Assembly (NCBI GenBank): GCA_013287815.1
Contig: JABDDC010000006.1
Coordinates: forward strand, 959 to 64,958
Length of the DNA stretch: 64,000 bases
Direction of reading: 5' to 3'
From: Chlamydiota bacterium
GTDB taxonomy: Bacteria; Chlamydiota; Chlamydiia; Chlamydiales; Parachlamydiaceae
Shown here: positions 63,800-64,000 of the stretch, in pieces
How positions within the stretch are numbered: position 1 is the first letter of the stretch
Layout of the letters: every line of letters starts with the position of its first letter
Program-made: the position numbers and the translations under genes
Notes under the pieces: model-generated
What the model saw: only the letters and a program-made list of their open reading frames with translations
The model's database searches: none
What the model was told of the DNA's origin: nothing

Positions 63800-64000
63800 T
63801 CTGCGCCCCTTTATTTACAATCTCTACAATGGCGCCATTCTTTAATCCAATCAGATTGCTTGTTACCAGTTTATCACCGGCTTTTAAACCGGATAATACG
63901 ATGATCTCATTGTCGACAACATCGCCGGTTTCAATGTGAACAACTTTAGTGCTCATATCAGAAAGGATCATGTAAACGAAAGGACCTTTAGAGCCTTGTT
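63792..64000 (-). CDS. C-terminal end of a second, upstream RND adaptor (MFP) gene, cut by the window edge
   Basis: The minus-strand translation ...QGSKGPFVYMILSDMSTKVVHIETGDVVDNEIIVLSGLKAGDKLVTSNLIGLKNGAIVEIVNKGAQNE* aligns with the C-terminus of the adjacent adaptor. Its stop (63792-63794) overlaps the next ATG by 8 nt. It is not in the ORF track because it has no start in the window. Confidence 0.7.
   Translation of the reverse strand, partial: QGSKGPFVYMILSDMSTKVVHIETGDVVDNEIIVLSGLKAGDKLVTSNLIGLKNGAIVEIVNKGAQNE

Noticed and set aside
1-64000. tRNA, rRNA and other canonical RNA genes
   Set aside because: A scan by eye for T-loop-like GGTTCGAATCC/GGTTCAAATCC variants on both strands found only the ttcgaatc inside the MITE arm at 17436. 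No cloverleaf context or rRNA-like conserved blocks were seen. A covariance-model scan (tRNAscan-SE, Infernal) would be needed to be certain.

Overview
This 64 kb bacterial window is densely coded and of moderate to low GC, with marked compositional mosaicism. All family calls come from motifs read by eye in the supplied translations; no searches were run.

Gene content:
- Shikimate and aromatic amino-acid genes are scattered along the window: fused aroD/aroE, pheA, a class I-beta-like DAHP synthase, and aroC-aroK-[ATPase]-aroB.
- There are three RND efflux permeases. One locus is OMF-MFP-RND-RND (MdtABC-like). The other is MFP-MFP-RND (twin adaptor, TriABC-like).
- There are three two-component modules.
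- Other genes include NDH-2, an SthA-like flavoprotein, PepF, FabD and a DUF47/PiT phosphate transporter pair.
- A fused AroDE, a cysteine-containing (eukaryote-type) LRR protein and abundant small palindromic repeats are compatible with an amoeba-associated, Chlamydiae-like organism. This taxonomic guess cannot be verified here.

Most interesting content:
1. A roughly 12 kb aromatic tailoring cluster (20.8-33.0 kb) holds pheA, an aldo-keto reductase, an indole/phenylpyruvate decarboxylase, an unknown 227 aa protein, an intradiol dioxygenase fused to a nucleophile-less alpha/beta-hydrolase fold, a cytochrome P450 and an HpaB-type monooxygenase. The P450 sits 3 nt downstream of an FNR/[2Fe-2S] reductase carrying two cyclic-nucleotide-binding domains.
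2. Two further proteins have cNMP-binding domains fused to unusual outputs: a second FNR-like reductase, and a PqqD-like plus M50 intramembrane protease.
3. Two tandem paralogs have a rifampin-phosphotransferase-like architecture (ATP-grasp, unknown roughly 400 aa domain, swivel-His domain) and lie next to DUF47/PiT.
4. At least three families of MITE-like palindromic elements are present.
   - One shows clear TIR+TSD signatures.
   - One rewrites the C-terminus of a CheY-like regulator and splits its operon from the kinase.
   - One TIR pair encloses a truncated ATPase gene.
   - One family brackets a Doc/AbrB-type toxin-antitoxin cassette.

No rRNA, tRNA or CRISPR array was recognised.
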